DNA of 63,436 nucleotides, counting the filler, from Octopus bimaculoides (lineage: Eukaryota), in assembly GCF_001194135.2 (NCBI RefSeq). It is 8 parts of 7 records of this genome, joined end to end, with 100 filler letters (N's around TTAATTAATTAA, not from the genome) between each part and the next. Parts side by side here need not be neighbours in the genome. Positions count along the whole stretch, not along the records: positions 35,046 to 55,638 come from NC_068981.1; 7 more parts are not named here. One strand, written 5' to 3'. The notes beneath the pieces are model-generated. The model saw only the letters and a list, made by a program, of their open reading frames with translations, made no database searches and was not told the origin of the DNA. Shown in pieces: positions 37,054-50,180 of this stretch. The translations under genes were made by a program, and so were the position numbers. Numbering within the stretch: the first letter of the stretch is position 1; every line of letters begins with the position of its first letter.

Positions 37054-39985
37054 AATTGAAAAATATCATTCAAGAATCTGCAACAACATGCAGATCCATT
37101 TTAATTAAAATACCAGTGACTTCAGAGTTCACTACACATAACCCACATCTAGTGTCTCTGTCTGTCGCTCCCATTATATTTCATGATTTAGCTTCCCTCT
37201 AGGAGCATGACACACTCTGCATTTTATTGTATGTAAAATATAACAATTTTATATTATATAACATTATTGTATTATATAATGTCATAAATTATATTATTTT
37301 ACAATATTGTTATAATACATAAGATTATTATATTATACACATTGATTATATCACATTATCAAACAAAATCATTATATTATACAATATAACTATATTATAA
37401 AATAACGTTATATAATGTAAAACAGATGGTTTGTTTGCAAAACATGTTTTATATCATATAACATTATTATATACATTATTATATTATAGAACATTATTGT
37501 ATTATACAATAGTGTTACATTATATAACATTATTGTATTATGCAGCATTATCATATAATATGAGCTGGCAGTACCATTAGCACATCAAACAAAATGCTTT
37601 GCGGTATTTCATCTGTTTATACGTTCTGAGTTCAAATTCCACTGAGGTTGATTTTGCCTCTCATCCTTTTGGGGTCGATTAAATAAGTACCAGTTACACA
37701 CTGGGATTGATGTAATTGACTTAATCCCTTTGTCTGACCTTGTTTGTCCCCTCTATGGTTAGCCCCCTGTGGGCAATAAAGAAATACATATTATATGTGC
37801 TTCCAGCACAAGAGCCAGTCAGGGGGTACTGGCATCAGCTATGATCGGTTTGTGCTTTTTACGTGCCACTGGTATGGGAGCCAGTCAGGCGGACCAGTCC
37901 AGGTCAGTGTATTGGTAGAATTGTTAGAGCAGCAGATGGGATGCCTCATGATATACCGATTCCAGTTCTGTACAATCAGAATTTGTGAAGTGGTATTTTT
38001 GTCAGGAGTTTCAGCCAACAGACAGTGTCAGCAATTTGAATAACCAATTGAAACATAAGTTTTTATGATTCTATTGGAAGACTGACTGCCATCATCACCT
38101 CCACCAACTATAGGAAAAAAGAGCCAGAGTCTTGGAGATTGAGGAACTAGAAACAAGTTATATCTGGAACTGACTGAATTGTTGTTTCTCACCACATTGT
38201 TTTTGCAACTGCTTTCTTCCCTTTCAAACTGCTGCGAGATTTGGTCCTGTACTGCTCGTACCTGACGAAACTGCAGGCTTCTATAAAACATAAGTTGGGG
38301 AGGGTGCTGCCTTTGCTTAGCCCTAATTGAACACAATTATCGATCAAATAAAGACATTCCAACCATCATTATTATCCTGTCTTCTTTTTTTCAGGTAGGT
38401 TACCTACCATCATCATCATCATCATCATCACTTAACGTCTGCCTTCCTTGCTGGCATAGGCTGGATAGTTTGACAGGAACCAGCCAGGTAGAAGGCTACA
38501 CTAGGCTTTTGTGTGTGTTTTGGCATGGTTCTTACAGCAGGATGCCCTTCCTAACACCAACCATCACGCAGAGTGGACTACATTTATTAAATGTGCATTT
38601 TTTTTCTACTGGTGAATCACTGGTGATGGTGTCATGTAAAAAGCATCCAGTACATTCTGTGGAGTGGTTGGCATTTGGAAGGGCAACCAGCCATAAAAAC
38701 CAAGCCAAAATGGACTATGGAACCTGGCGTCGCCCTTGGCTTTGCCAATTCCTGTCAAGCTGTCCATGGAAAACAGATGTTAAATGATGATGATCAACTG
38801 GTTTATCAAACTCTCCTTTACTGGTGAAGGTTGTGTAGGCTTACAATTTAAATCTAAAAGATTGTTTTGATAACACAGACATCACTACGTTGTATGTCAC
38901 AAATGTCACAAACATCACACCCTAACGTCTTTAAAAAAAAATTGTAGGACACATGAAATAATGTAGTCCAGGGTACATTGTGACTAAATAAAGTAGGTAG
39001 TCATGACTGAATTTTTCTTTGATCAAAAGGCTGAAAACTATAAATGTCACAAGACACAACAACAACAAAAGTAAATACTTTTGAAAACTGGGAAAAGAAA
39101 CCTAATAGTCATGTCAGTTTAATAGGAGAAAAGGGACCATTGTTCAAGATCTTCGTGAGTCCCTTCCCTTTCATTTTCAGGTTGTTGCCGGTTCATGCAC
39201 TTCCTGTTCCAATTAACCTACATCTCTAAGTTGACCTCTGTAGGAAGGAGAGTTCAGTTCGTTGACATTTTGGGGTGAGAGGATGGAGTGAGGAGAATGT
39301 GATTAGTATAGAAGCCTAACATGGTGGGAGAAGGGCAGGAGTGGAAAGCCTGATGCGCTGGGTGTTACGTAAAACTGGCAAGTTTTCAGGAGCAGATGGC
39401 ATTGGATCACCATCACCATCATCAACATCATCATCATCATCATCACCACCACCTTCATCTCATCATTTAACACCCATCTTCCATGCTGGCATAGCTTGGA
39501 CAGTCTGATAGGATCCAGCAAGCGTCAGGTCTACATCAAACACCAATGTCAGCTTTGGCATGGTTTCTACAGTCGGATGCCCTTTCTGATGCCAACCACT
39601 TTACAGGGTGTGTTGGGTGCTTGTTTTTTTGTGACCAAAAAATAACCATACTTCTTCTGTGTGTCACAAGTTATAGTTGTTTGGCTGCAGATTTTAATTC
39701 TAAAAGGCTACATGTAATTGGGTATATATTGTGGGATAAATATTCACACGGGCCTCACCAAGGCAATGACAAGTGACTGAGACCTTTGGAGATATGCTGT
39801 GCTTGAGAAGACCCGACAAACCAAGTGAGACTGTAACCGTGACCGATGCCAGTATCACATAACCAGCCCATTTAAGAGTAGCCTCCAATCACTGGGCAAT
39901 CACCTACGCTTGCAAAGACCTGTTGAGGCAAGTGAAGTCATTGTCATGGCCGATGACAGTACTGCCTGATTGGCACCTGTGCCAG

Positions 39986-40894
39986 AATATGTACCAACCC
40001 ACCTGGAGCAAAAGAATATGTACCAACCCACCTGGAGCAAAAGAATATGTACCAACCCACCTGCAGCAAAAGAACATGTATCAACCCACCTGCAGCAAAA
40101 GGATATGTACCAACCCAACTGGAGCAAAAGAATATGTACCAACCCACCTGCAGCAAAAGAATATGTACCAACCCACCTGCAGCAAAAGAATATGTACCAA
40201 CCCAATTGGAGCAAAAGAACATGTATCAACCCACCTGCAGCAAAAGGATATGTACCAACCCNNNNNNNNNNNNNNNNNNNNNNNNNNNNNNNNNNNNNNN
40301 NNNNNNNNNNNNNNNNNNNNNNNNNNNNNNNNNNNNNNNNNNNNNNNNNNNNNNNNNNNNNNNNNNNNNNNNNNNNNNNNNNNNNNNNNNNNNNNNNNNN
40401 NNNAATATGTACCAACCCACCTGCAGCAAAAGAATATGTACCAACCCAATTGGAGCAAAAGAACATGTATCAACCCACCTGCAGCAAAAGGATATGTACC
40501 AACCCCACTGGAGCAAAAGAATATGTACCAACCCACCTGCAGCAAAAGAATATGTACCAACATACCTGCAGCAAAAGAATTTGTACTAACCCACTTGGAG
40601 CAAAAGAATAATTACCAACCTACTGGGGGCAAAAGAATATGTACCAACCCACTTGGAGCAAAAGAACATGTACCAAGCCACCTGCAGCAAAAAGAATTTG
40701 TACCAACCTACTGAGGGCCAAAGAATATGGACCAAGCCACCTGGAGCAAAAGAATTTGTACCAAGCCACCTGGAGCAAAAGAATATGTACCAATCTACCT
40801 GGAACAAGAGAATATGTACCAATCTACCTGGAACAAGAGAATATGTACCAATCTACCTGGAACAAGAGAATATGTACCAATCTACCTGGAGCAA
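39986..40894. repeat. 29-bp minisatellite (aatatgtaccaacccacctg(c/g)agcaaaag), about 31 units including an N gap
   Basis: Direct tandem units without spacers; diagnostic variants recur with a 5-unit period. Confidence 0.95.
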
Positions 40895-42074
40895 TGTCTG
40901 GCTATATTACGATTCTTGGGGAGAGAACATAACACCATAATTAATGTACTACAAATGATCAAGGTATGTGGAAGAATAAAAATCTGCAAGACCTTTTTAA
41001 GATTTAAAGGATGATGAACAAAACAAGAAATTGTCTTGCTGCCAAGCAGGTGACCAGTTAAAATTAACTCTAAATTAAAAAGCAAAAAAGAAAACATACA
41101 TACATATATACATACATACATGGATACATACATACATATTGCACTGATACAATACCAGGCAGTGGCTCTCATGGCTTCTGAACTTAATTGATTGGAAGTG
41201 TTAACATGTACATTGTTTTGCTGTAGTATAAAAAGATGGGCTACAACAAATATTCTACTCACTTGTTTGACCTTGACTAGTTGAGCATGTCCCTTAGTAG
41301 TTGGCAATTTCTGCATCTCTGACCATGAGAAGGAGTAGTGGGGGAGCATCATAGCTATGTGTTGAGAGGAATTCTTTGGGGTTTGAATAATTCACCTCTG
41401 GAAACATGGGTGTTTCATTCATCATCTTTAAGCAACTCCTATTCAAAGACCTTTTGAGTGGAATAGGCTACTCAACCTGAAGAAAATTCTAATTGTGCCT
41501 CCCCCCCCCCTGTAAGGTCCTGAGTTGTTAATCTTGATATGAGATCACCATGTTGCACACATATGATTGTGATGCATGTGCCTAGTGTACCCTTATCAGA
41601 CAGGTAGTCATAATTGGTATACTGGGCTTTGTATATTTGTGACCCAGTATCACTTTGATGGCATGTACTTCTCTCTCATTCATATATACATATGCACATT
41701 CATATATACACACAGATAAAAGGATAAAAGAAAACTGGGTGTACAAAAATTTACTCATTTACAAGAAACTTCTTTCTCTATCATGTATGCCATTTTTGAT
41801 AATTAATAAGTCAATTACATTTAATTGCTGATAAAAGAAAACTGCTTTTGTGAGTCATAAGAAGCCTTTGTGTAGCCACTCAATGTGATAAAAATAGTAG
41901 CCCAACCCTACCTCTACTGTCTTAGATAAAGAAGGAAGACATGTTGACAAAGCAGTCTTACACACCGCTAAAAACAGATAGGATGGTCACACATATTGTA
42001 GGTATATCTTTGATTATCAGTCTGCTCAATGTGCCCTGACCTGGGGCTAAACAACAAAATCCAAGCTTCCATTA

Positions 42075-43040
42075 CCTAGGTGACCAGTTCAGCAATGGGG
42101 GTGGATGCTCTGAGAGTGTACCTGCTAGAATAAGAATAGCCTGGGCAAAGTTCAGGCAGCTCCTACCTCTGCTGGTAACAAAGGGCCTCTTACACAGAGT
42201 GAAAGGTAGACTGTATGACACATATGTGCAAACGGCCATGCTACACAACAGTGAAACATGGGCTGTGATTGCTGAGGACATGTGTAAGCTTGAAAGAAAT
42301 GAAGCTAGTATGCTCTGCTGGATGTGTAATGTCAGTGTGCATACATGACAGAGTTTAAGCGTCCTGAGAAAAAAGTTGGACATAAGAAGCACCAGGTGTG
42401 GTGTGCAAGAGAGACAACTGCACTGGTATAGTCATGTGTTATGTATGGATGAGGACAGCTGTATAAAGAAGTGCCGATCTTTAACTGTGGAAGGAACCTG
42501 TGGAAGAGGTAGACCCAGGAAGACCTGGGATGAGGTGGTGAAGCACGACCTTTGAACATTGGGCCTCACTAAGTCAATGACAAATGTCTAAGACCTCTGG
42601 AGATATGCTGTGCTTGAGAAAGCCCAGCAAGCTAAGTGAGATCGTATCCATGGCCTATGCCAGTGTCAAATAACTGGCCCATTTAAGAGTACCCTTCAAT
42701 CATTGGGCAATAAACTGTGCTTGAGAAGACCTGTTGAATCAAGAAAAATCACTGTTGTGGCCGATGCCAGTACTGCCTGACTGGCACCTGTGCCAGTGGC
42801 ACGTAAAAAGCACCATTCAAGCGTGGTCAACGCCAGTGCTGCCTGACTGGCCCCCATGCTGGTGGCACGTAAAAAGCACCCACTACATTCTCGGAATGTT
42901 TGGCGTTAGGAAGGGCATCCAGCTGTAGAAACCTTGCCAAATCAGATTGGAGCCTGGTGCAGCCTCGTTGCTTGCCAGTCCTCAGTCAAACCGTCCAACT
43001 CATGCCAACATGGGAAGTAGACATCAAACGATGATGATGA
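42075..43040 (+). mobile_element. Decayed RTE LINE 3' portion
   Basis: ARIRIAWAKFRQLLPLL...LHNSETWA...LHWYSHV...GRGRPRKTW, then the same 3' UTR and (GAT)n tail as 17650-18203. Confidence 0.9.
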
Positions 43041-44170
43041 GGATGATTATGATTCGCCACACTCCAATGATCCCCAAGGGGTTCCTAAAGGATCATTTGG
43101 GTGTTGCAGCCATGCAGCATATCTAGGGCAAGAAAGCTTGGCAGAGCCCATCCCTCTCCAGGCTAAACTCATTTCTACAGCTGAGTGGACTGGAGCAATG
43201 AGAAATGAAGTGGTTTACTCAAAAACATAATGGATTGCCCCATCCAAGGATTGAAACCACCATCTTACGATCATTAATCCAATACCCTAACCACTAAGTA
43301 ACATACTTCCACTAGTGGTACTCATTTCTACAGCTGAGTGAACTGGAGCAACATGAAGTGAAATGTTTTGCTCAAAAACACATCACATTGCCTGGCCCAG
43401 GAATCGAAACCACAATCTTACAATTGTCAGCCCAACACCCTAACCACTAAGCCATGCACCTTGAAAAGCGTTTGAAGACATAAATATTAAATAATATTAA
43501 AGTGGGTGGATTAGCCCCCTTGAAATTGCTGGCCTGTTGATTTCCATGCTTAAAATAATAATGCTGTTGCTACTGATGATGACAGTTTCCGACTACCAAA
43601 TCTACTTGCAAGGTTTTTGGTCAGCCTAGGGCTATAGTAGAAGATACTTGCCCAAAGTGCCACACAGTGGAACTGAACGCAAAACCACATGGTTGGGAAG
43701 CAAGATTCTTACCACACAACCACTTGTAATAATACCTTTATTTATATGGCATTTGTTTCTGATTAAGGCACACAGCCAATGACTTTGAAGAGGTTATTAG
43801 ATACCATCAACTGCAGTAAATGACTGGTACTTTATTTTGTCAGTCCCAGAAGGATGAACAATCAAATTAACTGTGGCAGAATTCGAACTCAGAACTCAAA
43901 GAGCTGGAAGAAATACTACAAAGCATTTTTCAATGATCAAACAATTCTAACATAAAATAACAATAAGCACGCCAGGCAAAATGCTTAGTGGTATTTCATC
44001 TGCCACTACTGAGTTATGAGTTCAAATTCAACTGAGGTTGACTTTGCCTTTCACCCTTTCAGGGTCCATAGATTAAGTACCAGTGAAACACCAGAGTTGA
44101 TGTAATTGACTAGTTCCCTCTCGCAAAATTTCAGGCCTTGTCCCTATAGTAGAAAGAATTATTATTATAA

Positions 44171-44201
<31 letters not shown>

Positions 44202-46048
44202 TATTATTATTATTATATGTAAATCCCCACACTGTGTCTGTCTTTCTATTGTCTCCCTCGTCCGCGCTGGTGGCAAATAAATGAAATCATTATGATTATT
44301 ATTATTATTATTATTATTATCATTATTATTATAAAATTAATATCACTCATCATCATCATCATTTATCGTCCGCTTTCCATGCTGACATGGGTTGGACGAT
44401 TTGACTGGGGGCTGGCGAACCAGATGGCTGCACCAGGCTCCAATCTGATCTGGCAGAGCTTCTACAGCTGGATGCCCTTCCTAACGCCAACCACTCCGAG
44501 AGTGTAGTGGGTACCTTTTACGTGCCACTGGCACGAGGGCCAGTCCGGCAGTACTGACAACAGCCATGCTCAAAATGGTGTTTTTTTACGTGCCACCTGC
44601 ACAATTTCACTCTTATTATTATTATTATTATTATTATTGCAATGAGCTAGCAGAATCATTCGTCCGCTGGCTGAAATGCTTAGCGATATTGAACCTGTCA
44701 CTACATTCTGAGTTCAAATTCTGCTGAGGTCGTCTTTGCCTTTCAACCTTTTGGGGTCGATAAATTAAGTACCAGTGAAACACACTGGGGTCAGTTTAAT
44801 CGACTGGTCCCATCCTACCAAATTCGAGGCCTTGCACCTCCAGTAGAAAGGATTATTATTATTATTATTATTATTTATTGACTATTTCAGGTGAGAGTTA
44901 CAACCAATGATATTGATACTTGACCTAGGTGGGAATGAAAGTAAATGTGTAAGGGACGTAACTTGATACTGCAAGGTATTTCACCGAATGCTCAACGATT
45001 GTACCACCTACTGCTTTTATAATAATGTTTTAGAGTTTCAGCAAACAATTCCATAACAGTCGATCCTTGTGCTTTTGGGTAAGCGAGAGCAGGTCTGTGA
45101 AACAGCGCTACGTCTTAATCAAAATGCAACTGCTAATTACCAAAGAGACGTGGATTTCAAAAGTTGTTGGTTTATTATTCGAATTGTTTTCTAAAGCTAA
45201 AATTCCATGTGTCTGTTGATGATGCGCTACATTGAATGTCAAATACAATCATCGATTCTATTGGTTTATGTTCGTTCGTGTTTATTTATTGTTGTCACTG
45301 TAACTCTGTTGTTTACTATCACACAGCGCGAACAAGTATACATACATACANNNNNNNNNNTATGTATGTATGTATGTATGTATACTTGCTTGCGCTGTGT
45401 GATAGTAAACAACACACACACATATATATTATAGTAGTATATTTACATGTTCACTACACCAACTGCACTGAGATATTACCACCTCTTTGCAAAATAAGCA
45501 AAGTTACTACATTCAAGCTAAATAAAGCTCTCCTATATGGTCCTTTGATCTGTTAGAAATAGCAACCAAATGGTCCGACAATCACATTAGTGTTATTGTT
45601 GTTGCTGTTGTTGTTTTTTAAGAGTGTATGGGACAAGTATATTATACATTTTACTCCAAGATACAACAACAACAACAAAAATCAACAATGTATTCTAGAC
45701 CGGAATGTCTTCGATCATCGATTTACTTACTGGATCAGGTTTGACCTGAGTCTAAACTGCGACGACATAGACAAAAAACCATGGACATGTAAGGGATGTA
45801 AGCGAAGTAAAGTTGTGGCGTTATCCGTAGTGCGTTACAAATATAAAATCGTTTTGTATATATATAGGTAAGTGCGTGTGTAGATCGAAACAAAACCAGA
45901 TGTTTACTTGTTTCGCTGAGACATATTATCGACATAAAAGGTAGAAATGGATATAAAAGAGTGGAGTCCATCACCGAAATTATTATAAATGTGCTTGTCT
46001 ACTTGTCAAACGTAACGATACAAATTCAGTTGACTTCTCGAATATTAC

Positions 46049-46156
46049 CTTTCCCGAGGCTGTACCTCCAGCAATACCAATCATAAAGGGTTTACTTGGT
46101 CGCGTCATAAGGCCGTATGTGTTCTGATCGTTGCCCGTTTCTGCTCTGGAAGCCAT
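46049..46156 (-). CDS. UCK: Uridine-cytidine kinase, coding exon 1 (MASRAETGNDQNTYGLMTRPSKPFMIGIAGGTASGK)
   Basis: Good Kozak context gcaccATGg. PFxIGxxGGTASGK is the UCK Walker A motif. A phase-0 GT donor (aag|gtaata) follows GK, where animal UCK genes have intron 1. No other UCK exons were found. Confidence 0.88.
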
Positions 46157-47581
46157 GGTGCTCGTCGTATATTCTTTTCTTTTTTTTTTTTTTTACCGCG
46201 ACGTGTTCTCTGCTCGTTTCAAGGTAGATAACTCTATCTATCTTTGTCACAAAGTGCTGTCCCCATAACTTACTTTTGCGGGTTGCTTTCACCTTGGGGG
46301 CTGATAATATTTTATTCTTATATGGATACAGGAAAATTCAATAAGTTCAGTCGCCGCGAGGAGAGTAAATCCAACGTATCTGGCACTTTCAATTTATCTG
46401 AAAGTGAAGAAGAAAGAGAAAGCGGTGTTATCGCTTTCGTTGTGGGCACATTGTGACTAAAGATAAAAAATCCGGTTTGTTTAGTTTTCACTTTAAATAG
46501 TAATTAAGCATATTGAACCCTTCTCCGAACTGAATCACCACTTAGTTCAGCTTTAAAAATTTACTTAATTTGTTTATGCTTATCTTCTGTTCTTTCAAAG
46601 AGTGGGAAAGATGGTTTGCAACGGAGAACCGACAGAAGTACTTAATGCTGTCTGAATATGATTCAAGGAGAGTAACAGCTTCCGTTGATACATCTAAAAA
46701 TTTGTCAACCAGTTGTCGTACTAGCAAGAAAACATGTGTAGGCATTAATCGGCTCCATACGATAATTGTCGAAACCCAATTCATTAAAAAAGGACGATAG
46801 ATATTTGAGTTTTAATGAAATAACTAAAGCAAACGTTTAACAATTGAAATTTAATATTAACTTGCATTTCATCATATCAGATCAACTTTTAAATCAAATA
46901 AGCTCGTGCTTTAGACACTAATTGAAGGGAGCACCACAGATGCCCCCGCTACCATCCCCATAACCCAGTTCTACATTTATCGAGGCCAATAAAGTTGCTG
47001 TTGATTTTTATTTCCTGTTGACCTAGTTATAAGTAAATAATTTGTTGACTTTATTTTTAATTAGTGTTAAATAAAAAAAAAATTTAAACATATATACTTT
47101 ATTTGTGGTGGGTATAGGGTTGTGGGAAGTGCTGTCTTAAGGTATGGGTTTACAGGGCAATTGCCCGGGGGCCCCGCGGGTCTAGGGTCCTAATGATAAT
47201 CGTCCATATACCGTGGATGATGAGTACGTAGAGTCTCCAGTGGATTACATTACTCGGAGGAAGCAAAGACTTATAATGTTATTAACCAGTTGCGTCGCTG
47301 CTGCTGCTGTATTACAGCACATAAAGTTTTTAAAGGTGTTGGTCTTTTACAAAAACTAAGAGCAATAATTACACACTTGGAGAGACATACTGCTATGGAT
47401 TTACAAGTTAACTGATATAGCAATCTGCAGCTGGAGCATCAAAACTGGAAAATAATTGCGCTATATTCGTGGTGACGAAAATTCCTGTCTGCTATCTGCC
47501 ATCAGTCTTAATCGACTGGTTGTGGTGAGAATAGAGGCGTTGAGTGGCTGCCTCAACAGTCTGCGATTACTAAAAAAACAC

Positions 47582-47613
47582 CTGATTGGTTGCTTAACAG
47601 ACCAATCACGTGA
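47582..47613. promoter_or_regulatory. Paired inverted CCAAT (NF-Y) boxes plus CACGTG E-box
   Basis: ctgattggtt...gaccaatcacgtga, ~1.4 kb upstream of the UCK ATG. Motif match only. Confidence 0.3.
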
Positions 47614-49523
47614 AACTACTGTTGTTTGATCGTGATGTCTGCTTGTCTGCCTAGCGATTCGGTTTCCAATCACCGCTACGAACTGTTTGCTTTGCTTTTC
47701 CATGTGATATATAGGACATATTTCCCTGATATTCATGCATCATATCTGAAACACATTTCCAATTTGTTTCCAACCACAAGAGCAACTTGGGACTTCTGAA
47801 AGGAAATCGTTATATTACTTAGAACATATGAAACAAAAGTTAACCAAAAGTCTGAAAATAAGCATGTACAACGTTTGTGAAGACTTATGAAAAGGCTTTG
47901 AACAGGTAAACGGTTAAGTCAGAGCTGCTGTTGGGTGGATAAAATCGTTGGAGCTTTGGAGAAAATGCCTTGTGGTACTTCTTTTGACTCTTTACTTTAT
48001 GAGTTCAAATTCTACCGAAGTCAACTTTGCCTTTCTTCCTTCTGAGAGGGATAAAATAAATTACCAGTTAAGTACCGGGGTCGGTTTAATCGACTAATCA
48101 CTCTTTACAAAACGTCAGGCCTTGAACTTGTATCAGTAATGCTACAGTTGTAAATGGCCAGGGATAAAACTGAGTTTTTAATCTTTTAGTTCACACTCAG
48201 TACATATTATACTTCAATGACGTCTCTGTTTGGCAAATGGAAGGATGAAGGCGAAACACTAATGCTGGGTTGTGATTATGGAATCAGTTGGTCTTAATCC
48301 GACCTAGCATGTAATAATGAGATATTAATCCAAGATTTTAATTTACAATTCAGCGCTTTCACACAGACGTGCTACCGTTGAATTCTCAAGGTGAATAAAA
48401 TAAAATAAAATATTCATACAAATGTCTAACAGAAAGTAGAGCGAGAAAAGAGGATAGAGAACTTCAAGTAAGTTTATCAAAATTCTCTCATCATATGTTT
48501 TTTACATCAATTATCTTATGGAAAGAAAGGGGATAATTACCAAAACTGGAATGACGTCATTAGTATATGTTTCATGCCTTCATTGGTAAATGGTGGACCT
48601 CATTTTTAATTAAATAATTCCTTTCTTCATTGCACAGTAAGCTTATTATTGCTTTACATTTTCTTTTCCTTCTTGTTCTTTTATTCTTTTGCTTGTTTCA
48701 GTCATTTGACTACGGCCATGCTGGAGCACCGTCTTTAGTCGAAAAAAAATCTACCCCAGCACTGATTCTTTGTAAGCCTAGAACGTATTCTATCGGACTC
48801 TTTCGCCACGTGGCTAGGTTACGGGGACATAAACACACCAACATCAGTTGTCAAGCGATGGTGGTGGGGACAAACACAGACACACAAATACATACACACA
48901 CACACACACACTGATTCAGTTTCCACTCATCGGTGCGTGTGTTAAATTATAAGGCACTAAAAGAGAATGACTCTCCCCAGACACAACAATATATATATAT
49001 ANNNNNNNNNNNNNNNNNNNNNNNNNNNNNNNNNNNNNNNNNNNNNNNNNNNNNNNNNNNNNNNNNNNNNNNNNNNNNNNNNNNNNNNNNNNNNNNNNNN
49101 NNNNNNNNNNNNNNNNNNNNNNNNNNNNNNNNNNNNNNNNNNNNNNNNNNNNNNNNNNNNNNNNNNNNNNNNNNNNNNNNNNNNNNNNNNNNNNNNNNNN
49201 NNNNNNNNNNNNNNNNNNNNNNNNNNNNNNNNNNNNNNNNNNNNNNNNNNNNNNNNNNNNNNNNNNNNNNNNNNNNNNNNNNNNNNNNNNNNNNNNNNNN
49301 NNNNNNNNNNNNNNNNNNNNNNNNNNNNNNNNNNNNNNNNNNNNNNNNNNNNNNNNNNNNNNNNNNNNNNNNNNNNNNNNNNNNNNNNNNNNNNNNNNNN
49401 NNNNNNNNNNNNNNNNNNNNNNNNNNNNNNNNNNNNNNNNNNNNNNNNNNNNNNNNNNNNNNNNNNNNNNNNNNNNNNNNNNNNNNNNNNNNNNNNNNNN
49501 NNNNNNNNNNNNNNNNNNNNNNT

Positions 49524-50180
49524 GATAAGTGGACAAAATGGTGAAACCGTGTAACATATTACCAGCCAATGTACGCCACTGGCCCAGAAGGAATATAAGA
49601 GACGCCACGACAGTATAGCAAGGCTTGTCTATTGGAAAGTATGGACTTGACAGAGAAAAAAATTGGTACGACCACAAACCCGAAGGCATCATCGAAAATG
49701 ATAATGCAAAGATCCTGTGGGATTTTATGATTCAGTGCGACCATGAGATAGAGAATAGGAATCCAGATATAGTCTTAATTGGGAAACAAAGCAAACTATG
49801 CTGGGTTATAGATATAGCATGCCCAGCTGACAACAAGGCATGCGATAAGAAGAAAGAAAAGTCGATTGATATGACAGGTTAGATTGGGAGGTAAAGCAGT
49901 TGTGGTCGATGAAAAAGGTGGTAGTGGTACCAATAATCGTCGGAGCCCTGGCAACAGTGAGCAAAAACATTGAGAAGTACATGGAACAAATAGGGGCTGC
50001 AATAAGGCTGGAGCACTTGCAGAAAGCAGCACTGCTTGGAACCGCTCGAATTCTCCGGAAGGTGCTTGAAAAATAAGATGTGCTACCTTAGTTCACTGGT
50101 AGTGAACAGCTGACACCGTAGTACATCTCCAGCGTTAGAAGCTGTGCAAAGGCAATAATAATAATAATAATAATAATAAT
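49524..50180 (+). mobile_element. R4/Dong-like non-LTR element 3' end (zinc-knuckle region, REL endonuclease, 3' UTR, (TAA)n)
   Basis: HITSQC...YKRRHD...KILWDFMIQCDHEIENRNPDIV...IDIACP...PIIVGAL...ALLGTARILRKVLEK*; ends in (AAT)n. Confidence 0.88.

Noticed and set aside
38028-38336. Minus-strand ORF containing VGGGDDGSQ, reminiscent of the next expected VSP C2 exon, or a UCK terminal exon
   Set aside because: Wrong strand for VSP, similarity limited to a few Gly/Asp residues, and no UCK motifs in any frame.
39986-40894. CRISPR-like array
   Set aside because: Units are directly adjacent with no unique spacers, the context is eukaryotic, and there are no cas genes.
39923-41014. Long ORFs over the minisatellite as a real repeat protein
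   Set aside because: The 29-nt period is open in several frames at once, which is explained by a stop-free unit; no splice or homology support.
46570-46800. Plus-strand ORF with plausible acceptor (EWERWFATENRQKY...)
   Set aside because: No resemblance to the VSP C2 domain or any family I recognise; unsupported without transcript data.
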